This document shows positions 42,350 to 54,715 of a DNA stretch of 64,000 nucleotides, piece after piece. A program made the translations under genes and the position numbers. How positions within the stretch are numbered: the first letter of the stretch is position 1; each line of letters opens with the position of its first letter. The notes under the pieces were generated by a model. It saw only the letters and a list, made by a program, of their open reading frames with translations, made no database searches and had not been told where the DNA came from. The stretch is from contig OZ024766.1 of assembly GCA_964016885.1 (NCBI GenBank), forward strand, positions 18,352,001 through 18,416,000, in the 5' to 3' direction. Source of the stretch: Eledone cirrhosa. Lineage: Eukaryota.

Positions 42350-45180
42350 GTGTGGTGTGGTGTGGTATGGTGGTGGTGGTAGTCATAGTATTAATGATAG
42401 TGGTAGATGGTATTAGGGGGAATCCTGGTGGTGGTGGTGTTGGTGTTAGTAGTAGGGGTAGTGGCGTTAATAGGGTGGCGGTATGGTAGTGGAGGTGGTG
42501 TGGTAATAGTGTAATGATGGTAGGTGTGGTGTGGTGTGGGTGTGGTGTGGTGGTGTGGTGTGGTGCTGGTGTGGTGTAGTGAGGTTGTGGTGGTGGTGTG
42601 GTGTAGTGCTGGTGTGGTGGTGGAGGTGTGGTGTGGTGGTGTGGTAGTGGAGGAGTGGTGTGGTGGAGGTGTGGTCTGGAGGTGGTGTCAGCCAGTTCAC
42701 AAAGTATGCCCTTGTACATGAATGAATAGTTGAGACATTGTGGTGGTGGTGGTAGTGGTGTGGTGGTGGTGGTGGTTGTTGTGTGGTGGTGGTAGTGGTG
42801 TGGTGGTGGTGGTGGTTGTGTGGTGGTGTAGTGATGATGATGATGGTGGTAGTGGTGTGGTGGTGGTGGTGGTTGTGTGGTGGTGTAGTGATGATGGTGG
42901 TGGTGGTGGTAGTGGTGTGGTGGTGGTGGTGGTTGTGTGGTGGTGGTAGTGGTGTGGTGGTGGTGGTGGTTGTGTGGTGGTGTAGTGATGATGATGATGG
43001 TGGTAGTGGTGTGGTGGTGGTGGTGGTTGTGTGGTGGTGTAGTGATGATGGTGGTGGTTGTTGTGTGGTGGTGGTGTGGTGTGGTGGTGGTTGTGTGGTG
43101 GTGTAGTGATGATGATGGTAGTGGTGTGGTGGTGGTGTTGGTATTGGTGGTGTGTTGGTGTGGTAGTAGTGGTGGAGGTGGTAGTGTTGTTGTTACAATG
43201 GTAATTATTGTGGTGGTGGTGGTGGTGGTGGTAGTAGTGATGTAATGGTGACGTGGTGGTGGTAGTGTGGGTGGTGTTAGCAATGGTGTTGGTGTTAGTG
43301 GTGTAGGTGGTGGTGTTGGTAATTTTGTGGTAGTGGTGGTGGTAGTAGTGATGGTGGTGGTGTTGTGGTAGGGGTGGTAGTAGTGGTAGTGTTGTGGTAG
43401 TTTAGTTAAATCTGTGTTCTGCAAAATGGTGATAGCAGGGTGGGGTGGGGGAGAGTGGAGGTTTCTGTGACATCATTGATGCCACCACACCACCACCTCA
43501 CCACCACATCAACACACCACCACACCAACACACCACCACCACCACCACATCTACACCACCACCACAAACACCACACCACCACCACCACCACCACCACCTC
43601 ACCAACACCACCACACCACCACATCAACACACCAACACCACCACACCACCACCACCACCTCACCCACACCACCCCTCCAGACCATCACTATCCCCCTCAC
43701 CACCCTAACCCCAACACCACCACCACCATCACCACCACAACACCACCACCACCCCTTACACCACCACCCCTCACTACCACCACAACACCACCACCACCCC
43801 TCACACTGCCACCACAACCCCACCACACCACAACACCACCACCACCTTACCAACACCACCACCACCTCGCCACCACCACCACCTCACCACCACACCAACA
43901 CACCACCACCACCTCGCCACCACCTCACCACCACCACCACGCCACACGAACACACCACCACCACCACCATCACAAACACCACCACCCCACCACCACCACA
44001 CCACTACCACCAACACCACCACACCACCTCACCAACACCACCACCACCTCGCCACCACCTCACCAACACACCACCACCACCTCGCCACCACCTCACCACC
44101 ACCACCACGCCACACGAACACACCACCACCACCACCACCACAAACACCACCACCCCACCACCACACCACTACCACCAACACCACCACCACCTCACCAACA
44201 CCACCACCACCACCTCGCCACCACCACCACCTCACCACCACACCAACACACCACCACCACCTCACCACCACCACCAACACCACCCCTCCAGACCATCCCC
44301 CCTCACACACACACACTGCCACCGCCACCACCACCACCCCTCACACTACCACCACCACCCCTCATACTGCCACCACAACACTACCACCACACACCCCACC
44401 ACCCCTCACACCACCACCATCACCACCGCCACTATAAACCCCAATGAGATAGAAAAGCTTGTGTGTGGTGCCTTGATTAGCTAAAAATAGCTGCTAATTT
44501 CCCCCCTCAAAACACAGCACACTCTCGGGTGGAGCACGTTGGCGGAATGTACTCCTAGATAGACTTGGCTTGTCTCAAATACTACAGGAAGGAGGGTCAT
44601 GGATGGAAATACTTTGATAGAGGTTGTCTGACCACTACTACCACTGCTACTGCTACTACCACTGCTACTGCTACTACCACTGCTACTACTACTACTACTA
44701 CCACCACTACACTACACTACAACACACTACAACACACTACACTACAACACACTACAACACACCACACTGCACTGCACCACACTACACCACACTACACTAC
44801 ACTACAACACACCACACTACAACACACCACACTACACTACACTACACTACAACACACCACACTACAACACACTACACTACACTATACCACACTACACCAC
44901 ACCACCACACCACACCACACCACACCACACTATACCACACTACACCACACCACCACACCACACCACACCACAACACACTACACTACACTACACTACACCA
45001 CACTACACACTACAACACAACACAACACACCACCACTACACCACACCACACACCACACTACACCACACCACACTACACAACACACCACACCACACTACAC
45101 AACACACCACACCACACCACACCACCACTACACTACACCACACCACCACACCACCACCACACCACACCACCACACCACTC
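42185..45180. repeat. (GGT)n, (CAC)n and pentameric (CACTA)n low-complexity blocks
   Basis: Direct reading. Confidence 0.8.
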
Positions 45181-45392
45181 CATCATATATTTTTATATTC
45201 TTTTAAAATATTTTCAACACAAATAATTTAAAATGGTTCCAGCTTTTTATCGGAGACGCTTTAAAGGTAAGGAATTAGAATTATCTTAATTATTATTATC
45301 ATTATCATAATTAGTATTATCATAATTAGTATTATCGTTATCATAATTAGTATTATCATAATTAGTATTATCGTTATCATAATTAGTATTAT

Positions 45393-46625
45393 AATAATTG
45401 TTGCTACTTTAGGCACAAGGCCAGCAATTACCCGAGTGTATTACTGGTACTTTATTTTATCGACCCTGTAATAATTGTTTCTACTTTTGGGGGGCACAAG
45501 GCCAGCAATTACCCCAGTGTATTACTGGTACTTTATTTTATCGACCCTGTAATAATTGTTTCTACTTTTGGGGGCACAAGGCCAGCAATTACCCCAGTGT
45601 ATTACTGGTACTTTATTTTATCGACCCTGTAATAATTGTTTCTACTTTTGGGGGCACAGGGCCAGCAATTACCCCAGTGTATTACTGGTACTTTATTTTA
45701 CTGACCCCTGTAATAATTGTTTCTACTTTTGGGGGCACAAGGCCAGCAATTACCCCAGTGTATTACTGGTACTTTATTTTATAGACCCTGTAATAAATGT
45801 TTCTACTTTTGGGGGGCACAAGGCCAGCAATTACCCCAGTGTATTACTGGTACTTTATTTTACCGACCCTGTAATAATTGTTTCTACTTTTGGGGGCACA
45901 AGGCCAGCAATTACCCCAGTGTATTACTGGTACTTTATTTTATAGACCCTGTAATAAATGTTTCTACTTTTGGGGGGCACAAGGCCAGCAATTACCCCAG
46001 TGTATTACTGGTACTTTATTTTACCGACCCTGTAATAAATGTTTCTACTTTTGGGGGGCACAAGGCCAGCAATTACCCCAGTGTATTACTGGTACTTTAT
46101 TTTATTGACCCCTGTAATAATTGTTTCTACTTTTGGGGGCACAAGGCCAGCAATTACCCCAGTGTATTACTGGTACTTTATTTTATTGACCCCTGTAATA
46201 ATTGTTTCTACTTTTGGGGGGGGCACAAGGCCAGCAATTACCCCAGTGTATTACTGGTACTTTATTTTACCAACCCTGTAATAAATGTTTCTACTTTTGG
46301 GGGCACAAGGCCAGTAATTACCCCAGTGTATTACTGGTACTTTATTTTACTGACCCCTGTAATAAATGTTTCTACTTTTGGGGGCACAAGGCCAGCAATT
46401 ACCCCAGTGTATTACTGGTACTTTATTTTACCAACCCCGTAATAAATGTTTCTACTTTTGGGGGCACAAGGCCAGCAATTACCCCAGTGTATTACTGGTA
46501 CTTTATTTTACCGACCCCCGTAAGGATGAAAGGCAAAGTTAACCTCGACGGGATTTTAACTCGGACCATAAAGGGCCGCAACTCTGTGCTGCAAGGCATG
46601 GCGTCTGACCCTCTACCGATACTGT
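45393..46625 (-). mobile_element. Nin/Deu-like SINE whose 3' ~80 bp is tandemly amplified ~14 times
   Basis: 46500-46620 is the reverse complement of 14720-14840; array unit gtttctacttttgggggcacaaggccagcaattaccccagtgtattactggtactttattttatcgaccctgtaataa. Confidence 0.8.
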
Positions 46626-46704
46626 ATAATTAGTAATATAATAATATGATGAAACTGTTGTGTACAGTGTTCAGGTGCACTACAACCCATCAAAGGTGCA
46701 TGTA

Positions 46705-46749
<45 letters not shown>

Positions 46750-48311
46750 TACATACCATTATATACATTCACCAACACCACTACTACTACCACCACCACA
46801 CCACCACTACCACTAGCCCTACCATCAACACTACCACTACACCAACACCACCACCAACACCACTACTACTACTACCACTACCACTAGCCCTACCATCAAC
46901 ACCACTACACCAACACCACTACACCACCACCACTACACCACCACCACTACACCACCACTACACCACCACCATCACACCACCACTACTACCACCACCACCA
47001 CCACTACCACTAGCCCTACCATCAACACCACCATCACCACTACACCAACACCACCACCACACCACCACCACTACACCAACACCAACACCACCACACAACC
47101 ACCACCACCACCAACACTAGCCCCACCACCACCACTACCACCACCACCACACCACCACTACTACCACAACCACCACCACTACCACTAGCCCTACCATCAA
47201 CACCACCATCACCACTACACCAACACCACCACCACACCACCACCACTACACCAACACCAACACCACCACACAACCACCACCACCACCAACACTAGCCCCA
47301 CCACCACCACTACCACCACCACCACACCACCACTACTACCACAACCACCACCACTACCACTAGCCCTACCATCAACACCACCATCACCACTACACCAACA
47401 CCACCACCACACCACCACCACTACACCAACACCAACACCACCACACAACCACCACCACCACCAACACTAGCCCTACCACCACCACTACTACCACCACCAC
47501 CATCACACCACCACTACTACCACCACCACCACCACTACCACTAGCCCTACCATCAACACCACCATCACCACTACACCAACACCACCACCACCACACCACC
47601 ACCACTACACCAACACCAACACCACCACTACACCAACACCACCACACCAACACCACCACACCACCACCACTACACCAACACCACCACCACTACACAACCA
47701 CCACCACCAACACTAGCCCTACCACCACCACTACACGACCACCACCACCACCACAACACTAGCCCTACCACCCACGAACCCCCCCTCACTCATCACCCCT
47801 CCCCCACGTCCCCTACCCCTCCCTCCATCACACTCCCCCCCCCCCCCCCAGTGACATACAGACAAGGAAGTGGTTGTCACGCTCTGGTGGAATCTGGGAG
47901 ATAATAAGAATATATGTAAGAGTACTGTTGGCATGGCGACTGGTGTAATGGTGGTGGTGTGTGTGTGTGGGGGGGGGGGGGGTAGTGGTGGTGGTGTTGT
48001 GGAGGTTGTAGTGGTGTGGCGGTGGATTGTACATGTGTGGGTGTTTGTAGTGGTGTGGTGGTGGAGTTAGCGACATGTTTTGTTTAGGTTTACTGATGTG
48101 TGTAATGGTGGTAGTAGTGGTGGTGGTGGTCATGGTGTTTGGGTTTGGCGGTGGTGATGTGAGGGTAGTAGTGGTGGTGGTGGTGTGTTTGGGTTTGGCG
48201 GTGGTGGTTGGCCAGTGGTGATGTGAGGGTAGTAGTGGTGGTGGTGGTGTGTTTATGAGGTGAAATGAAAAATGTTTGGCTACTGCTAATATTATTACAA
48301 CAACCAACATT

Positions 48312-49020
48312 ACTGTAATGTAGTCCTAGATACACCATGTCTGATAGCCACTAATACTAACTACTGTACTGTACATTAGATAATGTAGTCCTAGATACAC
48401 CATGTCTGATAGCCACTAATACTAACTACTGTACTGTACATTAGATAATGTAGTCCTAGATACACTATGTCTGATAGCCACTAATACTAACTACTGTACT
48501 GTACATTAGATAATGTAGTCCTAGATACACTGTCTGATAGCCACTAATACTAACTACTGTACTGTACATTAGATAATGTAGTCCTAGATATACTATGTCT
48601 GATAGCCACTAATACTAACTACTGTACTGTACATTAGATAATGTAGTCCTAGATATACTATGTCTGATAGCCACTAATACTAACTACTGTACTGTACAGT
48701 AGATAATGTAGTCCTAGGTACACTATGTCTGATAGCCACTAATACTAACTACTGTACTGTACATTAGATAATGTAGTCCTAGATACACTATGTCTGATAG
48801 CCACTAATACTAACTACTGTACTGTACATTAGATAATGTAGTCCTAGATACACTATGTCTGATAGCCACTAATACTAACTACTGTACTGTACATTAGATA
48901 ATGTAGTCCTAGATACACTATGTCTGATAGCCACTAATACTAACTACTGTACTGTACATTAGATAATGTAGTCCTAGATACACTATGTCTGATAGCCACT
49001 GATACTAACTACTATACTGT
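48312..49020. repeat. 65-bp minisatellite, ~11 copies
   Basis: Unit taatgtagtcctagatacactatgtctgatagccactaatactaactactgtactgtacattaga. Confidence 0.9.
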
Positions 49021-49021
49021 A

Positions 49022-49845
49022 CGTAGATTAGAAAGAAACGAAGCCTGCATGCTCCGATGGATGTGTAATAGTAATATATGCGAACGACAAAGCATAAATG
49101 AATTGAGAGAGAGACTGAGCATAAGAGGAATCAAATGCTGTGTGCAGGAGAGGAGGTTGCGTTGGTATGGAAATGTGATGCGTATGAAGGATGACGGCTG
49201 CATAAAAAGGTGCAGAGCACTATAAGTTAATGGAAACCGCGGAGTGGGGAGACCCAAGAAGACCTGGGATGAGGTGATAAAAGCCGACCTTACCCAATTA
49301 CACCTCTGGCGTCACGCAGTAATACAGAGTACCCGACCTCCCACGGGTACAAGCTGAAGCATATAGACAATATGCCCCCACACCCTCCCACTGTAAGGTG
49401 GTCGTGGAGGTGCCACGGCAAAAAGCACCCAGCCCACACTGTAAAGTGGACGTGTCGGCACCAAGGAAAAAGCACCCAGCCCACACTGTAAAGTGGACGT
49501 GTCGGCGCCAAGGAAAAAGCACCCAGCCCACACTGTAAAGTGGACATGTCGGCGCCACGGAAAAAGCACCCAGCCCACACTGTAAAGTGGACGTGTAGGC
49601 GCCACGGAAAAAGCACCCAGCCCACACTATAAAGTGGACGTGTAGGCGCCACGAAAAAGCACCCAGCACTCACTGTAAATGAGGTTGGTGTTAGGAAGGG
49701 CATCCATCTGTAGAAATCAAGCCAAAATCAGTTCCTGTATGAGCAAGGCATGGGCAGCCCACCAGACACTGCTCACAACAGGACAACCCGTCTAACCCAT
49801 GCTAGCATGGAAGAACGGACGTAAAACGCTGATGATGATGATGAT
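49022..49845 (+). mobile_element. RTE-like LINE 3' fragment plus ~48-bp array plus (GAT)n tail (homologue of 13597-14200)
   Basis: RLERNEACMLRWMC...RLRWYGNVM...GRPKKTW; shares its 3' module with the 13.6-kb copy. Confidence 0.75.
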
Positions 49846-49961
49846 ATTTATATATATCAAATTACAAAATATGAGGAAATAATAGACAAAAATATACCTA
49901 TTTTTTCTTCAAAGTACCAACTGCAGTTTCGCAGATCCGTGTGCAACAAGATATATATATC

Positions 49962-50835
49962 ACCAGAGGTCTCCACTGTTATGGGGTCCCGATGGTAGGG
50001 AGGTAGCCCTAGGGTCAAGGACACCAGAAGTCTCCACTGCTAGAGGTAGCCAGGTCTGTGGTGGTAAGTAGGGAGGTAGCCCTAGGGCCAAGGACCCCCA
50101 GAAGTCTCCACTGCTACAGGTAGCCAACACTGTACCTATGGTGGTAAGTAGGGGGGTAGCCCTAGGGCCAAGGACCCCCAGAAGTCTCCACAGCTACAGG
50201 TAGCCAACACTGTACCTATGGTGGTAAGTAGGGAGGCAGCCCTAGGGCCAAGGACCCCCAGAAGTCTCCACTGCTAGAGGTAGCCAACACTGTACCTATG
50301 GTGGCAAGTAGGGAGGTAGCCCTAGGGCCAAGGACCCCCAGAAGTCTCCACTGCTACAGGTAGCCAACACTGTACCTATGGTGGCAAGTAGGGAGGTAGC
50401 CCTAGGGCCAAGGACACCAGAGGTCTCCACTGCTACAGGTAGCCAGCTCAGCACCTATGGGGGTAAGTAGGGAGGTAGCCCTAGGGCCAAGGATCTCCAG
50501 AGGTCTCCACTGCTAGGGCTAGCCAGGTCTGTACCTATGGTGGTAAGTAGAGAGGTAGCCCTAGGGCCAAGGACCCCCAGAAGTCTCCACTGCTACAGGT
50601 AGCCAACACTGTACCTATGGTGGTAAGTAGGGAGGCAGCCCTAGGGCCAAGGACCCCCAGAAGTCTCCCCTGCTACAGGTAGCCAACACTGTACCTATGG
50701 TGGTAAGTAGGGAGGTAGCCCTAGGGCCAAGGACCCCCCAGAAGTCTCCACAGCTACAGGTAGCCAACACTGTACCTATGGTGGCAAGTAGGGAGGCAGC
50801 CCTAGGGCCAAGGACCCTCAGAGGTCTCCACTGTT
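49962..50835. repeat. 80-bp minisatellite, ~11 copies, just upstream of the first LIM coding exon
   Basis: Unit gtagggaggtagccctagggccaaggacccccagaagtctccactgctacaggtagccaacactgtacctatggtggtaa. Confidence 0.9.
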
Positions 50836-50899
50836 ATATCAATGTTGTCTGATGCTCTACCAACTCACAGACCTTATATTATATATTTCAGTTGTCGTC

Positions 50900-50996
50900 A
50901 TGTCTCACCTCTGCCCTCGCTGTGATAAAGCTGTTTATTTTGCGGAAGAGGTGCGAGCCCTAGGGAAGAAATGGCACAAGTTGTGTTTAAAGTGTG
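50900..50996 (+). CDS. CSRP: Cysteine/glycine-rich two-LIM protein (CRP/muscle LIM family), coding exon 1 ([32 protein letters not shown])
   Basis: tttcag| acceptor at 50891, ATG at 50900, G|gtaagt donor; LIM CxxC-x17-HxxC pattern. The upstream non-coding exon was not located. Confidence 0.92.
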
Positions 50997-51149
50997 GTAA
51001 GTTGTGAGGTTTATCTTATGGAGTGTGTGGTTGTGTGTGTGTGGGTCTATATATGTGTGTGTGGTTGTGTGTGTGGGTCTATATATGTGTGGGTGTGTGT
51101 GTGGTAAGTTGTGAGGTTTATGTTACGGAGTGTGTGTGTGTGTGTTTGG

Positions 51150-51196
<47 letters not shown>

Positions 51197-51530
51197 GGTC
51201 TGTATGTGTGTGTGTGTGTGTGTGTGTGGGTCTGTATGTGTGTGTGTGTGTGTGTGTGGGTCTGTATGTGTGGTTGTGTGTTTAAAGTGTGGTAAGTTGT
51301 GAGGTTTATGTTACGCAGTGTGTGGTTGTGTGTGTGTATGTTTGGTTGTATATGTGTGTGTGTGGGTCTGTGGTTCTGTGTGTGTGGGTGTTTGGGTCTG
51401 TGTGTGGTTCTGTGTGGGTGTGTGGTTCTGTGTGTGTGTGTGTTTGGGTGTGTGTGTGTTTGGGTGTGTGTGGGTCTATATATGTGTGTGGGTGTTTGGG
51501 TCTGTGTGTGTTTGGGTGTGTGTGTGGGTC

Positions 51531-51563
<33 letters not shown>

Positions 51564-51733
51564 CACCCCCACCAGCTAATGTGTCTCTCTCTCTCTTTAT
51601 CTCTCTCTCTGTCTCTCTCTCTCTCCCACCACCAACTCTCTCTCACCAACTAATGTCTCTCTCTCCCCCTCTCCCTCTCTCCCACCACCAACTAATGTCT
51701 CTCTGTCTCTCCTTCCATGACCACCACCAACAG

Positions 51734-51899
51734 CCAAGTGTAACAACCTGCTAGACAGTACCACATGTACAGACCACAACAACGAGGTTTACTGCCGGGC
51801 CTGTTACGCCAAGAATTTTGGCCCGAAAGGTTATGGGTTTGCTGGAGGTGCCTCAGGCCTTTCTATGGACACGGGCGATCCTGATGAGATCACACGCAA
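51734..51899 (+). CDS. CSRP: CRP/MLP coding exon 2 (AKCNNLLDSTTCTDHNNEVYCRACYAKNFGPKGYGFAGGASGLSMDTGDPDEITR)
   Basis: aacag| acceptor, AA|gtaagt donor; end of LIM1 plus the diagnostic glycine-rich GPKGYG motif. Confidence 0.93.
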
Positions 51900-51964
51900 G
51901 TAAGTAGACGCAGTCATTTCTCTATATACACACTCACGCTCGCTCGCTCACTCACTCACTCACT

Positions 51965-52741
51965 CATTTTACATCTGCTTTTCCCCTGCTCGCAAGGGTG
52001 GGACGGGTCCTATTCAGCACAGCATCTCTCTACTCGTCACGGTCCTTCGTCATCTCCTCCGTGAGCTTCAGCGATCTGAGGTCTGTTCTCACCACCTCCG
52101 CCAATGTTTTTCGTGGTCTACCTCTACCACGTCTTACTTCAACTGGCATTTCCTGGCACTTCTTTACCCATCGGTCATCCTCCATGCACATCACATGTCC
52201 ATACCACCTCAGTCTTCTCTCCCACACACTACATTCTATCCCTCTTATACACAGTTTCTCTCTCAACACATCACATGTCCATACCATCTCAGTCTTCTCT
52301 CCCGTACACTACATTCTATCCCTCTTATACACAGTTTCTCTCTCAACACATCACATGTCCATACCACCTCAGTCTCCTCTCCCGTACACTACATTCTATC
52401 CCTCTTATACACAGTTTCTCTCTCAACACATCACATGTCCATACCATCTCAGTCTTCTCTCCCACACACCACAACTTATCCCTCTTATACCCAGTTTCTC
52501 TCTCAATACATCACATGTCCATACCATCTCAGTCTTCTCTCCCACACACTACAACTTATCCCTCTTATACACAGTTTCTCTCTCAACACATCACATGTCC
52601 ATACCATCTCAGTCTTCTCTCCCACACACCACAACTTATCCCTCTTATACACAGTTACTCTCTCAATACATCCATGCTGGGTCGTTCACACACATTGACA
52701 TTGCACATCCAACGGAGCATGCTTGCCTCATTTCTCTCCAG
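51965..52741 (-). mobile_element. RTE-like LINE 3' fragment with ~6 copies of the 80-bp unit (LIM intron 2)
   Basis: RLRWYGHVMCMEDDRWVKKC...GRGRPRKT. Confidence 0.85.
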
Positions 52742-52769
52742 TGTTGTTATTTCTGTTTACCTTTTACAT

Positions 52770-52812
<43 letters not shown>

Positions 52813-52816
<4 letters not shown>

Positions 52817-53472
52817 CCGGGTGATGTGTTGTCTTGCTTAAGGAAACACATCACCCGGCTGAGAATTGAACTCACAACCTTGCAATCGAAAGGTTGTGAG
52901 TTCAATTCTCAGACCGGGTGATGTGTTGTTTCCTTGAGCAAGACACTTTATTTCACATTGCTCCAGTTTACTCAGCTGTAGAAATGAGATGATAGGGACT
53001 GGGGTCCCTATCATTCCACTGCAAAGTGGTTGTGGAGGTGCCACGGCAAAAAAGCACCCATCCCACACTGTAAAGTGGTCGTGGAGGCGCCACGGCAAAA
53101 AAGCACCCATCCCACACTGTAAAGTGGTCGTGGAGGCGCCACGGCAAAAAAAGCACCCATCCCACACTGTAAAGTGGCCGTGGAGGTGTCACGGCAAAAA
53201 AGCACCCAGCACTCACTGTAAAGTGGTCGTGGAGGTGCCACAGCAAAAAAGCACCCAGCACTCACTGTAAAGGGGTCGTGGAGGTGCAACGGCAAAAAAG
53301 CAACTAAGCCCACACTGTAAAGTGGTCGTGGAGGTGCCATGGCAAAAAAGCACCCAGCACTCTCTGTAAATGAGGTTGGTGTTAGGAAGGGCATCCAGCT
53401 GTAGAAATCAAGCCAGAATCAGTTCACATCCCACCCTTGCAAGCAGGGAAAAGCGGACGTAAAATGAAATGA
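52813..53472 (+). mobile_element. CORE-like SINE with a 5' fold-back and ~7 49-bp units
   Basis: Same family as 34934-35752. Confidence 0.8.
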
Positions 53473-53475
53473 TTC

Positions 53476-53762
53476 CTGGCCCTAATCTATGGTTTAATGG
53501 TAAGTCCAGCTCTGACTCCACTGAGGGTTTGTGACCCTAATCTTTGGTTTAAAGGTAGGTCCAGTTCTCACTACACTGAGGGTTTGTGGCCCTAATCTTT
53601 GGTTTAAAGGTAAGTCCAGCCCTGACTACACTGAGGGTTTGTGACCCTAATCTTTGGTTTAAAGGTAGGTCCAGCTCTCACTACACTGAGGGTTTGTGAC
53701 CCTAATCTTTGGTTTAAAGGTAGGTCCAGCTCTGACTACAATGAGGGGTTTGTGACCCTAAT
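53476..53762. repeat. 59-bp minisatellite, 5 copies, abutting the LIM exon-3 acceptor
   Basis: Unit ccctaatctttggtttaaaggtaggtccagctctgactacactgagggtttgtga. Confidence 0.85.
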
Positions 53763-53784
53763 ATATATTGTACTATATTTTCAG

Positions 53785-53938
53785 GAATGTGTCTCAGTTA
53801 GCTGTGGCTCACACTGCTCCAATTCTGGGGACCAATGGAACAGCAACAGCCACAAAACCTCGATGGGGAGGCAGTGACATCTGTCCCCGCTGTCAAAAAC
53901 CTGTGTATATGGCTGAGAAAGTGATGGGAGCTGGAAAG
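53785..53938 (+). CDS. CSRP: CRP/MLP coding exon 3 (KNVSQLAVAHTAPILGTNGTATATKPRWGGSDICPRCQKPVYMAEKVMGAGK)
   Basis: ttttcag| acceptor, AAG|gtgaga donor; GGSDxCPRC..VY.AEKV.GAGK is the CRP LIM2 start. Confidence 0.93.
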
Positions 53939-54712
53939 GTGAGATATGGTCCCTTTTAAACCCTAAACCCCTACTGGAAAGGTGAGATATGACCCCTTTT
54001 AAAATTTAATGGGAGCTGGAGAGGTGAGATATGGCCCCTTTTAAAATTTAATGGGAGCTGGAGAGGTGAGATATGACCCCTTTTAAAATTTAATGGGAGC
54101 TGGAGAGGTGAGATATGGCCCCTTTTAAAATTTAATGGGAGCTGGAAAGGTGAGATATGACCCCTTTTAAAATTTAATGGGAGCTGGAAAGGTGAGATGT
54201 GACCCCTTTTAAAATTTAATGGGAGCTGGAAAGGTGAGATATGACCCCTTTTAAAATTTAATGGGAGCTGGAAAGGTGAGATATGACCCCTTTTAAAATT
54301 TAATGGGAGCTGGAAAGGTGAGATATGACCCCTTTTAAAATTTAATGGGAGCTGGAAAGGTGAGATATGACCCCTTTTAAAATTTAATGGGAGCTGGAAA
54401 GGTGAGATAGGGTCCATTTTAAAATTTAATGGGAGCTGGAGAGGTGAGATATGGCCCCTTTTAAAATTTAATGGGAGCTGGAGAGGTGAGATATGGTCCC
54501 TTTTAAAATTTAATGGGAGCTGGAAAGGTGAGATAGGGTCCCTTTTAAAATTTAATGGGAGCTGGAAAGGTGAGATAGGGTCCCTTTTAAAATTTAATGG
54601 GAGCTGGAAAGGTGAGATATGGTGCCTTTTAAAATTTAAAGGGAGCTGGAAAGGTGAGATATGACCCCTTTTAAACCCTAAATCCCTACTGGAAAGGTGA
54701 GATATGGCCCCT
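53924..54712 (+). repeat. 42-bp minisatellite made of the LIM exon-3 end plus 5' splice site, ~18 copies
   Basis: Unit atgggagctggaaag|gtgagatatgaccccttttaaaattta; its first 15 nt are the last five codons of exon 3. Confidence 0.92.
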
Positions 54713-54715
54713 TTT

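Noticed and set aside
53971-54417. 148-aa minus-strand repeat ORF (GHISPFQLPLNFKR)n
   Set aside because: Antisense reading of the 42-bp donor array.
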